NCBI GenBank assembly: GCA_012295275.1
Contig: CM022678.1
Location: 19,468,001-19,532,000, forward strand
Reading direction: 5' to 3'
Length of the DNA stretch: 64,000 nucleotides
From: Chrysomallon squamiferum
Taxonomy: Eukaryota > Animalia > Mollusca
The notes beneath the pieces are model-generated. The model did no database searches and had not been told where the DNA came from. It saw nothing but the letters and a program-made list of their open reading frames with translations. Both the position numbers and the translations under genes were made by a program. Below, in pieces: positions 1 through 13,004 of this stretch (position 1 is its first letter; each line of letters starts with the position of its first letter).

Positions 1-1375
1 GAAGCAACACTATTCTTTATCTTGGTTAAAAATATCTTCCTGAAACTGATCTGCGAAGACCCAGAACTAATATTTCTAAAACCGTATGCAAATGAGAACA
101 CGTGTCTACAATGATCTAAATATTTGGAAATATGTATATTATGATATATTAATTCGATTTCTATAACGAGAAAACAAATGACTGAATTTTATGCAAAATG
201 CAAATGGTCAGAATTAAGACAAGCCAACAAAGCTGACTGGTGCTGTTTAAGAGAAAACAAACGAGTGAAGCGGAAATATTTACATGTACAAATCAATATA
301 AACTTAGACTCCGAAAAATCAACAAATAACTTTATTGTGATCTTTATTCCAGTGACTCTGCAAATTCCACCTTCGCAGGTCATGTCTGAAAAAAACTACG
401 TTAACATTAAAAATAAATAAATAAATAAATAAAATCCTTACTCATTTGGCCTATACCAGTATAAAATTGTGAAGTAATTCAAAGGAAGACATTTTTAATA
501 AAACTTGCATTAACACGATATTTGATGATGCGATCGCTTAGATTGAGACAACAAAACAACAGCTGAATTACAGACATATTATTATGCTTTAGAATCAGTC
601 GGTAACTATTCAGGTAGAAACAATAACCTTCGAAAACGAAGAAAAAACAAAGCGTTAGCACTGAATGAAGTGAACTCTTAGAAAGAAAAACAGCATTTTA
701 ATTCCAATGGATGGAAATATCTGACGACAGTGATATAAAGATTTGTATTCTATATTCTACGATAACCAACTTTCAAAACATAAACGGAAAAAAACAAATC
801 AGTAAAGTTTTATACAAAACGCAAGTGATGAGAATAAAAGCTATCTGTCGAAGATATGAGTGAAGTGAAATTTCGTGCATGTACAAATACACATATCTAG
901 ACAATAATATAAGTAAAAGTAATATACAGAAAATACATATTTGGGAAAACTGCTGCAAGATATCATTCATACACATCTATATCAGTAACTCTTCACATAC
1001 ATTTACAGTTCTCAAATAAAAAATGTACAGAAAGTAGATACGTGAAAATTGGAAAGAAAGAAAAACTTACATGATATCGCTCTGTTATCACTACTCATTT
1101 TCATTCTGTCTCTTAATACGAGAGTTGTTTCGGAGATTCTTTACGTATTTCAATAAAAACAATAACAATAACAGATTAAAAACAGTTTAAAAAATCAAAA
1201 AAATGAAAATAAATTGCAAACCTCAGTGATTCTAGTTAGTATAAAACCATTTATGTATCATAATAAAGGCAACTAAGACAAAACGAAAAATAAATTAAAA
1301 TAGCCGTACATACATACAAGATGCAAATAAATTTACAGAAAAAACTTACAGTTGAAGGTAATTACTTATAAATGC

Positions 1376-1461
1376 ATACCACTTCATAACACTCACTGTC
1401 TATCTAGCAAAACTGAAATACCACTTCATAACACTCACTGTCTATCTAGCAAAACTGAAAT
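1376..1461 (+). repeat. Perfect 42-bp tandem duplication
   Basis: ATACCACTTCATAACACTCACTGTCTATCTAGCAAAACTGAA x2. Confidence 0.95.
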
Positions 1462-1802
1462 GGTCTGGATAAGAAAAAGAGGTCATTGCTTCTTAACGCT
1501 ACAGATTAGATGTCATGGAGACAAACCATCCTAGATGATCAAAATGAATGAGTACAAAGAGCTTTTTACATTTAGAAATCCAGAGAACTATAAAACAATG
1601 CAACTAAAAGTAATATTCACAGGAAAACTGTATTTACAGAACTGAACCCAATGAAAGGATTATGGGAAGACATTTGTACGTATGTCTTCACTTGAAATCA
1701 TTCATATATTTCCACCTTTATCTCTTTGGAATTAGTGTTATAATATTTATTTATTTATTTATTTTTTATTTATTTATTTATTAAAATTTATTTTTATTAT
1801 TA

Positions 1803-1857
<55 letters not shown>

Positions 1858-2575
1858 TTTTGCTCTATATTCTATTTTCTTTCCAGATAAAATTAAGACA
1901 AACAAATAAACAGAAAAAAATAATAATAATAAAGAATTAACACATAAACAATTTAATGTTAATAAGCCAGTTTCACAGTTAATGACTGATTTAGACATTT
2001 ACTTATTTGCTGACATAAATATAGACCAGGAACTAAACTAACAACTAGGACAGCGACAAAGAGCAAAACATGTGTGTTTAGTATACTTGTAAGTATTAAT
2101 AATATTTATTTAAAGTTCAACCTTTACAGATTTGACAGAAATGAAAGTTTTACTACTACTTTCAAATGGTCTGATCAACACAGACACAAACATCTGAATT
2201 CATTCTGTTCATTTATATGATCAAGTCAGCATTTTAACATTAAGAAATCTACAGATCAATAAAACAACATAACTAAAAGTTATATATTTGAATTCATACT
2301 GCTAATTAGTTTCATATTACAGAAAAACAAATGAATGAATTTTTATACAAAGTTCAAATGGTCTGGATATGAAGTAGACAACAAAGCTGAAATTGGCACC
2401 ACAGATTAGAAAGGCTATGAAACAGGTATAGAAAGAGGTGAGCAGTTTTACATTCAGAAATCCACAGATGTAAAAAAGCAATATACTTAAAAGTAATATA
2501 CATTAGTGTAATGTATTTATATAAGTCAACAATTATCAAAAATAAAATAAAATTAAATTAAATTAAATAAATTTT

Positions 2576-2618
<43 letters not shown>

Positions 2619-3749
2619 AAGAAAGTAGTAAATATATGCGACTTGACATTCTTCCTAAACTTTAACATTAACAACTTTTACATCTGTTTACTAATGTATT
2701 CAGTACAATATTTTACTATGCGTTCAGCTACCGACTGCATCAGTTTTAAGAAAAATAAGCAAATAAATATGTGTTGAAGCATCAGGAACATAATTCTAAT
2801 TGTATATTCTAATGATAATGTTGTGACAAATGTTTTACTACTCAGAAACTGTGGAAGACATGGTTAGAAAAATGCTGATGCTATTAACTTACAAAGATAA
2901 GGAGAACACTGTTATATGCTAGAAATTATTTTCTTATTAGAATTTAATTTGTTTGTTTTGTGTTTTTCTTGAGGGGGTGCAAGGAAAAGTTTGTTTTTGT
3001 CTGATATATATATATATATATATAGGAAGGAAACTAAACTAAACATAACAAGAAGTAATTGGTATTTAGGTCTTCACTTGGTATCTTTCAATGTACAACA
3101 ACAGAGGAGAAGACCATGACTTGCAAGACATTATTTAAGTGTTTAACTTATTTCTTTGCTTGACTGTTGTTGTTTTGTTTATTAGCTTTTATCTTCTTTT
3201 ATTTTAATTTACAGGAATGAACTTCAGGAAACGATTCCATATTTTCTCATTTTTAATGTTAGATCTTGTATTTGACAAAAAATTGATCATAACAGTTTAT
3301 TGTAAATTATAACGTAAAAGTGTCTGTAAGTGATTTTAAAGAAAAAGTAAGCTCGATAAAAAAAAAAAAAAAAAAAAGAACATGTATAAAGCAATTAATT
3401 TACAGTTTAAAGTTTTCACTGACACCTTGTATTGTAAAGGTTTATTGGGTCATCATAATAGTTCATATTAATTTGACTCATTTTCACAACCTTCATGTAT
3501 AACATAAATAGAAATAATCATTCACATAAGAAAACTGTGACTTGCAGTATACATTGCTTACATTATGAAGTCTACATTTCATTCTATCTTGCACAAAGAG
3601 AGTTCCAACAGGGATACTTTACATGTTTCAGCAGAGAAATATCATCTGTATCCAACATTAAATCAATTATAGAAGAGAAAATATACAATAAACCGAGACA
3701 AAGTCAGTGTGCTAGTAAGACATTTAGTAATCACACAATACCAATGACC

Positions 3750-3751
<2 letters not shown>

Positions 3752-3840
<89 letters not shown>

Positions 3841-3904
3841 TAATAGTAATAATAATAATAATAATAATAAAATAATAGTAATAATAATAATAATAATAAT
3901 AATA
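3752..3904. repeat. (AAT)n microsatellite
   Basis: Read directly from the sequence. Confidence 0.95.
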
Positions 3905-4022
3905 GAAGGAGAAAAAAATGTATATATTTCACATATTATGGTTAATACAGAACCATGAAAGTGCAGTAACAGAGGTAACTAAGAGATAATGAAAATACAT
4001 TAAAATGGGTACAAAATATTTC

Positions 4023-4073
<51 letters not shown>

Positions 4074-4539
4074 CAAAAGTAAGTACATAGAAAATTAAAG
4101 TAAAATTATAATAGTAAAAGTAAATTATATCTGTGCATGTAGTCTAGAAGATTAAATCTATTTACACGTGGAAAACAGACTATAATAAAAATAAAAATAA
4201 TTGTATGTTATTAATACAAAGTACCTGATGTTTATAGGAATATGATACTTAAATATCTTTTTATACTTTAACTGAGTATATTAAAATCTAAAATTCAAGA
4301 ACATAATGATGGTTATAATATTAAAAACAGTTGTTTTAAACTGGGTATAGGAACATTGCAAATTCGCGAACATGATGTTGCTTGAAAAATTAAGTAGTTT
4401 TATGCTTCACAGACAAAATGTCAAACAAAAATATTAATAAAATGTATGATATACGATAAAGAATTTATGATAAAAAACAGTATGGTTTGAAACAAGACAG
4501 GAATTGTCCATGTGTCAAAACTGCAAATATGTATATATA

Positions 4540-4741
4540 CAGGGCGTCCACAAAGTCTGGGTACATAAGGGATTAACACAATACTTTTAAAATAAAATAG
4601 TTTTAATGTTTTCAATATGATTTCCATCACTTTCAATGCATAATTCTTTAGACAGAGCCATCATTCGATCTGGTAAGAAGAATAATATAAATAAATAACA
4701 TAGTAAAATTCCCCATATACCCAGACTTTGTGGACACCCTG
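4540..4741 (-). mobile_element. 202-bp Tc1/mariner-superfamily non-autonomous element (MITE-like deletion derivative)
   Basis: Left TIR CAGGGCGTCCACAAAGTCTGGGTA versus reverse complement of right end CAGGGTGTCCACAAAGTCTGGGTA (23/24 match). Flanked by TA on the left and CA on the right. Minus strand 4640-4587 reads CIESDGNHIENIKTILF*, resembling the C..(D/N)GxH(F/I)E C-terminus of mariner/Tc1-like transposases. Confidence 0.88.
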
Positions 4742-5256
4742 CATAGTTCTTTTTTATTTATTTATTTATTTATTATTTATTTATTTTTAACAGATGAAGA
4801 AAACTGGGATCTAGTGTACATTATCTAAAACGTATTAAAATTTCATAATTCTTAAAAATTAAATTTCAAAGAAAAAATAATAATAATAATATCAGAAAGC
4901 TAATGTATTTCTACAATCTATTGATAATTTTTATAACAACTTTTGTTTGTTACAGAATAATAAGACGGTGTTTGGAAAAATAGTGGTGCTATTAGCTAAT
5001 ATAGAACAAAATGCTGTTGATGATGAAGTTTCAGTGTTCAAGTTGTTTGTGTGTATTTTCTTTCATTTTCGTTTTTTTTTTATTTATTTATTTATTTATT
5101 TATTTATTATTTACAGGAAGAACTCTTAAGAAAAAATACGGAAAAGCTTCGTATTTATTTCTTCGCTTGATATTGTTGATATGCATTATCCTTACATTGT
5201 CAGGGGAACTCTTTTATTACATTAAGTTATTCCCCCCCACACACACACACACAAAA

Positions 5257-5311
<55 letters not shown>

Positions 5312-5487
5312 CCAGAGAGAAAATTATGTAATTCACAAAAAGTTGTTGGGTTTTTTTTCTAGTTAATGTGTCAAATAAAATAGTAAATATCCTGAAGTAT
5401 AGTAAATAGACAAAATCTTCATAATAGATATCTGTCTGCTAAGGGAATTTTTGTTTATATTTTTGTATTTATTTATTTATCTATTTA

Positions 5488-5525
<38 letters not shown>

Positions 5526-8500
5526 CATCATCATCTCAACATCATCATCATCACATACAGAGCTTTACATACATAAGCCCAGAAATTAAAACTCAAAATA
5601 AATAAATAAAAATATAAATGCACATTGTGTTCTTTATGAGTGAAAATTCTTAATGTGTTTTGGTTTTGAAACCTTTTGAGATAGTAAGAAAACGTAATGG
5701 AATGGAAACAACAAATGATACTACATAAGTTTCAGTTCTCATCATAGATTTTGCTTTGAAGTAACAGAGGAATTTTCTGTCAAAATCATAAACTAATATA
5801 TGAATGATTCCTAAAAAACACAAAATGAATTAAATTACTGTATGTGTATATATATATATATATGTATCTATAGTTGCTATAATAAATAATCAAAGTAAAA
5901 TTGAATGTGAAAAACTAGAATATTGTTAATTTTAAAATATGAGAACTAAACAATAAATAAATAAAAATGAATAAAAGACAAAGTTAAGACCACAGTTTTA
6001 TACAATGTTAAATATGCCGCAAAAGAAAATTGTGACACCCTATCGATCTGCTGATTGAATGTGTAACACAAGAAACTTACTGAGTGAAGTTTTTACAAAG
6101 TTGAAATGTTCTGCCATTAATATAATAAATGCATATCAGTTATATTTACTAATTAGATTTCTTAAGGGAGAAACCATTTATACAAAGCTGAAATATGCTG
6201 ATAAATCTAGTTATAACCTGTGTAAGTTGTACCACTTAATTAAGTTTCTAAAACAAAAGCAAATGAGTGAAAGTGTGTACAAAGTTGAAATGATCTGCAT
6301 AAACTGGCAGAAGTGCAGATTTCATGTCATGAACACATTCTGTCAGACTACTTTTACATTCAGAAGTGTACAGAACAATATACGTAAAAGTAACATTCTC
6401 CACTGAAATGATTTATGCAACTTATGGGGAAGAAAATGAAGAAGAATGAGAAAAGATTTGTCAGTTGATATCACCATAACCATTATTTTTTTACAGGCAT
6501 TCCATGAATTTAAGTTGAAATGTAATTAAACAGAGTTAGAACATGTTCATGGTAAAAAAAAATAAAAAAATATTAAGAACTTACATTTAAGATTAAAAAA
6601 CACTATTAAAAATTTTGATTTTATCATATTATCATTATGATTATTATTATAATTATAATCATACTCATCAGTATCTGTTGCCTTGTGTATACATTATGAG
6701 TCAAATAACATTTGTTTAAGGCTGATAAATAGTTTTGATGAAAATTACCTCTTTAAGTTCAAAGTACAAAAATATCGATATTACGATCAAATGTTTTATT
6801 ATTTGAAAAAGAAGACAAGTCTGCTCTTTTTTTTTTTTTTTTGTTTTGTTTTTTAAATTAAAAAAAAAAAAAAAAAAAAACACAAGAATAATAACATTAT
6901 TATTTCACTGTATTGTATGCACATGAACACATGTGATAAAAAGAATCTAAAGACTTTTGAATCTATATTCTATGCAAAGTTTCTTCAAAGGAAAAAGAAT
7001 TCATAACTGAATTCAATCGAGCAATCAATAAATAAATAAATATAATTATAAAAAGTTTGTTGAATGGGATTTTATACAAGCAAAAATGGTCTATGTAAGA
7101 AGTAACTACAGATGAAATGTTCTTCACTGAAGAGAACCAGATATCATGTATATATAGATATATAGATTAATAAAAATGTAAATCAACATTGTGATTTAAT
7201 GATAATAAAGCCTCAGTACATCTGGAGAATGAAAGGTTTTCAGATACTAAGAAAACATAATTGAATGGAAACTACAAATCACACATTTGAATATTAGCGG
7301 TTTTGAATTCAGACAGGCACTTTGAAAGTGATATATCAATGACGTGATTCTTAAAATAACACACAACTAAATAAAGTATTACCTGTTTATACATTATCTT
7401 AAATGTTTTAAATATTTTTCTTAAATAAATAAAGAAGAAACAAATAGAAGAGAAAGCTAAGATACAGCTTTGTACACTATTTAGATTGTGACAAACAGGA
7501 AATATTCACAGTGTTTTGGAAAATGGGTCTGCTGATTAAATATGTAAAACAAGAAACCAGTGGAGTGATGTTTCACATAGAGTTGAAGTGTTCTGAACAC
7601 ATCTTCATCAAATCTCAATTCAGTGTACTAATTACATTTGTAAAACGAGAAAACAAATACATGACAGAAGTTTGCTAGAAAACTGAGATGGACTGGATAA
7701 TAACTAGCTGATAGAGCTGATATAATGCTACAGATTTCATGTCAGAAAACAATGCAAGAAAGAATTTGGTAAACATACAAGAGAAGTGAGAATTTTTTTT
7801 TCATTTAGAAATCTACATATGTATAATAATAATATATACGTCATAACACATCAGTGAAATAGAATAATAGAATAAATAAGAATCAGAGACAAATCAAAAA
7901 ACACTCACGAGATACTAGTTAATTTACAAACAAACTATCAGATCATAGGGTGCATTCTGTTTTCTTTATAAGAGACTTTTGTGTAACAAGAAGTTACAGG
8001 AGAAATTTATAAAGAAAATATAATACATTAAATGACATTAATTTTCAATGAAATAACATGTTTTATTGTGTACACACTTATTATTATAACAAAGAAAAGT
8101 AAAATTATAATAATAAAAATAAATTTACTTACACATTAAAAATAAAAATGTAAATAAAATATAAGTTAATTTATAGAAAGTCCATCAGATCTATGAAGAT
8201 AAGATAATGAAATATTTCTTATATATTTATAATGAACATATAAGAATCTATAATACAATAATATAATGATCATCAGAAGATTAAGCATTTTTATATATCT
8301 ACTGAAGCTGAGGAGAAGATATATATAGAAACATCAAAAACTTTTACTTTGAAATAAGAAAATAATTTTGTACATGTCACAATGAAAATAAATCATATTT
8401 CAAAGATGTGGCATAAAAAAAAAAAATTAAAAAAAAAAAAAAATCCATTTCAAATCATTATTTAAAATGTATTAAAGGTAGACCATTCTTAATGTAAAAA

Positions 8501-9069
8501 AAGGAAACAAAAGAAATTAATTAAACTGCAAAAATGAGTAAATTAACAAATTTCAGTTGTATCTATTTGCTAGATAAGTAACATTAGTAAACAATGAGTC
8601 ATCATGTTTTATATAAAGTTGAAATGAGCTAGTGATAAAAGTGATAAAATGATAAAAGTGATTCTGTATTTCAAATCTGTTTACATGTACAAGAAAACAA
8701 TATCAAGTGAGTATTTTTTTATTTAGAAATCCACAAATATATAAAAATGGTATAAATAAAACTAATATACAAGAATATAATATATTACAGGAATAAATAT
8801 GAGAGAGAAAAATAAAATGGGAATATAATGTGATAAAGACTTCTTCACTTGATATTATTCATATCTGAGATTTCCTTTCACAAATCTAGTCTTGTATTTA
8901 CATTTTCGTCTTCTTCTTTTTGTTGTTGTTATTAATAAATGAAAAATTAAACCTTTGTTCTATCATTACAAATGATACAACTGATATCAACAATGAAAAA
9001 AAATAAAAAAAATAAAAATATTATAATTATAATAAATAAATTAATATATATATATACATACACACATAT

Positions 9070-10000
9070 TAGGTTCTGATTATGTCATAGGTAGGTATTA
9101 ATTAAAAAAAACATTAAAGTTCACATTTACATATTTTGTTTGCTTGATAGAAAAGTTCCTTCATGTTTCTGGTCTATGTTCCATTGAATAAACTCTTACA
9201 TAGTTGTGCATTTAACAGGTTTTCTATTAGTTTTTGAAGAAACAGTTTAAGTGAGTGAGCGGTGTTGATAAATAATGAACGATTCCTTTACATCCTCTCT
9301 TTTTATTCCTTTCTCATTTTTTCTTTCTTCTTCTTTCTTATTTTTCTATTTACTTACTTATTTGGTTCTTATTGTTGTTGCTGTTGTTGCTACTGTTGTA
9401 GAGTTGTTGTTTTTTTTCTTATTTTTTTTAATTCACTGACTGTAATTTCCAATTCAGATGTCTTTGTTGCAGGGATATGTCAAAATAAACTGAAAAATAA
9501 AATTATCAAGCAATAAAGTAGGTAAGTAGATAAATATATGTCAAAATACTGCTACTTCTACTACTAAAATTTCTACTACTACTACTATTCATAACAATAA
9601 CAACAATAACAATGACAATAGCAACAACTATAACACTATAAGAGTAATAATAACAGTAATAATAATAATAATATTGTTGAAAGTTATGCTGACAATAAGG
9701 AAACAGGGAAAGAACAATAAATAATATTTCAGTTATTAATTTCAACTTTTGGCAAGGAAAGCAGTATTGATTTTGTATTTTATATATTAAAGAAAGAAAA
9801 CTGATTTTCAGTTCTATAAATTAATGACTGTCAGGTGAATAAATAAGAAATATTAAAATTCAGGTTGAAAAAATATACTCGTCATTAGAATGGAATGTAC
9901 ATATCAATGGAAATAACTCTTTTTTATTTACCATCATCAAATCAGATGTCATTCGTATAGTACGCAGAAAGTTTATAAACTGAAAAAATATATATAAAAA
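9070..10000 (+). repeat. Older diverged paralog of ~10150-11250
   Basis: AGGTTCTGA..TCATAGGTAG...TAAAGTTCACATTTA at 9071 and 10154. The series CTGTAATT...TTCAGATG...AACTGAAAAATAAAAT...AAATTCAG...TTTACCATCATC...GATGTCATT...TTATAAACTG is shared with 10637-11240 and 13113-13780. Confidence 0.75.
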
Positions 10001-10027
10001 TAAATAAATAAATTAAATAAATAAGAA

Positions 10028-10064
<37 letters not shown>

Positions 10065-10581
10065 GTAATAATAAAAAATAAAATCCTATCAGTATTCAAG
10101 TATAATGTATATGTATGTATGTACGTATGTATGTATGTATGTATGTATCTGTAAGGTTCTGACTGTCTCATAGGTAGAAATTAATAATATCTAAAGTTCA
10201 CATTTATGTGTTAGAAATGAAAGACATAATACTTCGCTTTATATGAAGAAAAATATTAGACTGTTTGTCTACATCTTTCATTGTGAATATTACTCTAGTA
10301 ATATAAATAAAATAAAAAAATAAATAAACAGATACTGTGTTCTGTTTTATTATAAATTTCACTTCTGATTGAAACCTTAACATAACTAAACGCAGTTATT
10401 TTACCAAAAAAATACCTGCAATTTACTGTTCTTCTCCTTCTGTCTTCTTTATTTCCCTTATTTTTTCTGTTTCCTTTTTTTTTTTTTTTTTTTTTTTTTT
10501 TTGTTGCTGCTGTTGTTGTTGTTATTGATATTTGATGCTGTTGTAGTTTTCTGGATTTGTCTTTTTAACGTTTTTGTTATT

Positions 10582-10626
<45 letters not shown>

Positions 10627-11243
10627 GTTTAATTGTCTGTAATTACTGATTCAGATGTTGCTGGAAAAAAGTTACTCAAAAATTAACTGAAAAATAAAAT
10701 GAACGTCAAATCAAGTAGATAATTAACTAAATAAAACCCAAAATACTACTATTATTCCTACTACTGCTACTACTAATAAGAATAATTGTAATGGTAACAA
10801 CAATAATAACAATTTGGTTGGAGCAAAAGTGACTACAACAATAATAATAATAGTAATAGTAACAGTAATAGTAATAATAATGCTGTTGAAAATGAAGGTG
10901 ATTAAAAACAAATAAAAAAATAATATTTTAATCAATAACGAATGCTAATAATTATTTCAGTTTTAGATTTTAACTTTCACCAACAAACAAGGGACATAAA
11001 TTTTACATATTTTTTTTTTTTTTTTTTTTTTTTTGGTAAGTTAGCAACAGAATACTAATTTTTAGTTCTGTACATTAAAAAGTGTTACCTGAACAAATAA
11101 GAAATATAAAAATTCAGACTGGAAAAATAATGTCATTTGAGCTGTGTACATACAAATGGAGAAGGGAAATAACTCTTCTCTCTTTACCATCATCGAACTG
11201 GATGTCATTGGTGTATGTGGCGTATTCAGATTATAAACTGGAA

Positions 11244-11290
<47 letters not shown>

Positions 11291-11399
11291 ATGTATTAAT
11301 AATAATAATAATAAAGAGAAAAAATAAATGAAAGAAAAAAAAAAAAAAAAATAAATAAAGCATTTTTTTTTTTTTTTTTTTTGATAAATGAGCGTTCGA

Positions 11400-11403
<4 letters not shown>

Positions 11404-11493
<90 letters not shown>
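11404..11493. repeat. (TA)n microsatellite
   Basis: Read directly; absent at the paralogous position in duplicate copy B. Confidence 0.95.
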
Positions 11494-11497
<4 letters not shown>

Positions 11498-11844
11498 CAA
11501 AACAAAAATTAATAAAGAAAAAAAAATTAAAATATATTAAACACAAAAGAAAGAAAATAAAGCAAGCACTGTTATAATTAAGACATTCTCATTATATTTC
11601 TAATTAAACAACTATTAATTATCAAATTAAATATAAACTGTGAGTAAAAGTTTTATATTCTTACCCAATGCAATAAATAGCTAAAAAACAAAATTAAAAT
11701 TAAAATTAAGAAACCAAAACGATAAGACACATTTTCAAATCAAGAATCAAACTGTCGTCTGCTGTCAAACAGTGGTGACGTGGCACATCGCTGGTTGGGT
11801 CATTGATCTAAAAGTACCACCGTTCTTTTAGCGAAATTAGGATA

Positions 11845-11883
<39 letters not shown>

Positions 11884-11888
11884 TTATC

Positions 11889-11940
<52 letters not shown>

Positions 11941-12283
11941 TGATCTTTATTATCATTAGTATTATAACATGAAGTGACAATAAACAGTTATTATAATAAA
12001 TAATTTGTCCTGAAAACTACGCTTTTAGATCCAGTAACTAATAAGAGTACAAAGTAATGTCACATGCCAAAAGTAGTGACGTAATCGATTTGAAACAGCA
12101 ACTAATAATAAACGTCTCAAATGAATTGACTGTTTAAGAATAATCTTGAAATTTTATGACAAATTTAAAACTTAAATTTATTTATTTATTTTGCTAGGCA
12201 CCTTAATAATATATTATTTCGTACGCTTGTTTTAAAAACACATCAAATTATCAATCAAAAAATAATAAGAATAAATATATATA

Positions 12284-12419
12284 CAGTGGTATCTTAACTT
12301 ACGAGTTTAATTTGTTTGCGTGACCGAACTCGTATCTCAGTTTGCACGTATATCAAATAAATTTTCCCAACAGAAATTAAATGAAATACATTAATCCGTT
12401 CCAGCCCCCAAAAACCACC

Positions 12420-12457
<38 letters not shown>

Positions 12458-12948
12458 ACTTGTTTTTAAATAAGAAAAAATGTATTTATGAATGACAAAT
12501 ATTATACAAAAACTAAATAAAAGAGAATGTAAAGAAATAAACCGGTTTTGTAAAGTGTATTTATCTTGGAGATCAGACAAATTATTTTAACGCCTTTGGC
12601 TGGAGTTTACAGCCTTTATCGACTCCTTCAGCTTCAGCATGGTATATAACGCAGAAGTACTATGCTCGTAATACCTAGCCAAGTGGACTACATGCACACC
12701 TCGCTCATGTTTTTCTATGAATTCAAGCTTTAATTCAATGGACATCATCCGCTTCTTCTTCTCAGCACTGTCATTTGCACACACTTCCTTGGGATCCATG
12801 GTTAGAAAAAAGAAATTTGGCAAAATACTGCACAAAACGCAAACACAACACAACACAACAGATATGCTTCCGCGGCGAGGTAACCACGTGAAGTAAACCA
12901 GGGAGACGCGGGATGCTGGCCGAATGTTATGTCTTTCATGCACCTACT
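12284..12948 (-). mobile_element. Tigger/pogo DNA transposon remnant, copy 1 (truncated at duplication junction)
   Basis: Starts TA|CAGTGGTATCTTAACTTACG (Tigger-type TIR) and contains the transposase N-terminus on the minus strand. The second TIR is missing because the sequence switches to the duplicated unit after ...CACCTACT at 12948. Confidence 0.85.
12587..12799 (-). pseudogene. Tigger (TIGD1-like) transposase fragment, CENP-B-type N-terminal HTH
   Basis: MDPKEVCANDSAEKKKRMMSIELKLEFIEKHERGVHVVHLARYYEHSTSALYTMLKLKESIKAV, then a 1-nt frameshift continuing TPAKGVKII. No DDE domain (internal deletion). Confidence 0.85.
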
Positions 12949-12971
12949 AATTTTTTTCCCTTATTTTTCCT

Positions 12972-13004
<33 letters not shown>

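Larger units (their letters stand above)
60..8880 (+). repeat. Decayed array of a ~90-bp module, core approx. CTAATTAGATTTC..AAACGAGAAAACAAATGAGTGAAGTTTTATACAAAGTTGAAATGGTCTGGATAA
   Basis: Recognisable copies near 66, 150-245, 791, 1451, 2300, 6070, 6150, 6240, 7060, 7550, 7630 and 8590. Several are followed by TTTTACATTYAGAAATCCACA...TAAAAGTAAYAT. Confidence 0.65.

Noticed and set aside
437-1110. Minus-strand GTAAG donors at ~441 and ~1070 (possible MKMSSDNRAIS micro-exon)
   Set aside because: No coherent spliced ORF or homology could be built.
4790-5230. Three good polypyrimidine-CAG acceptors (~4793, 4955, 5116) followed by short open frames, e.g. GRTLKKKYGKASYLFLRLILLICIILTLSG
   Set aside because: No convincing GT donors and no recognisable protein; acceptor-like strings are common next to (TTTA)n tracts.
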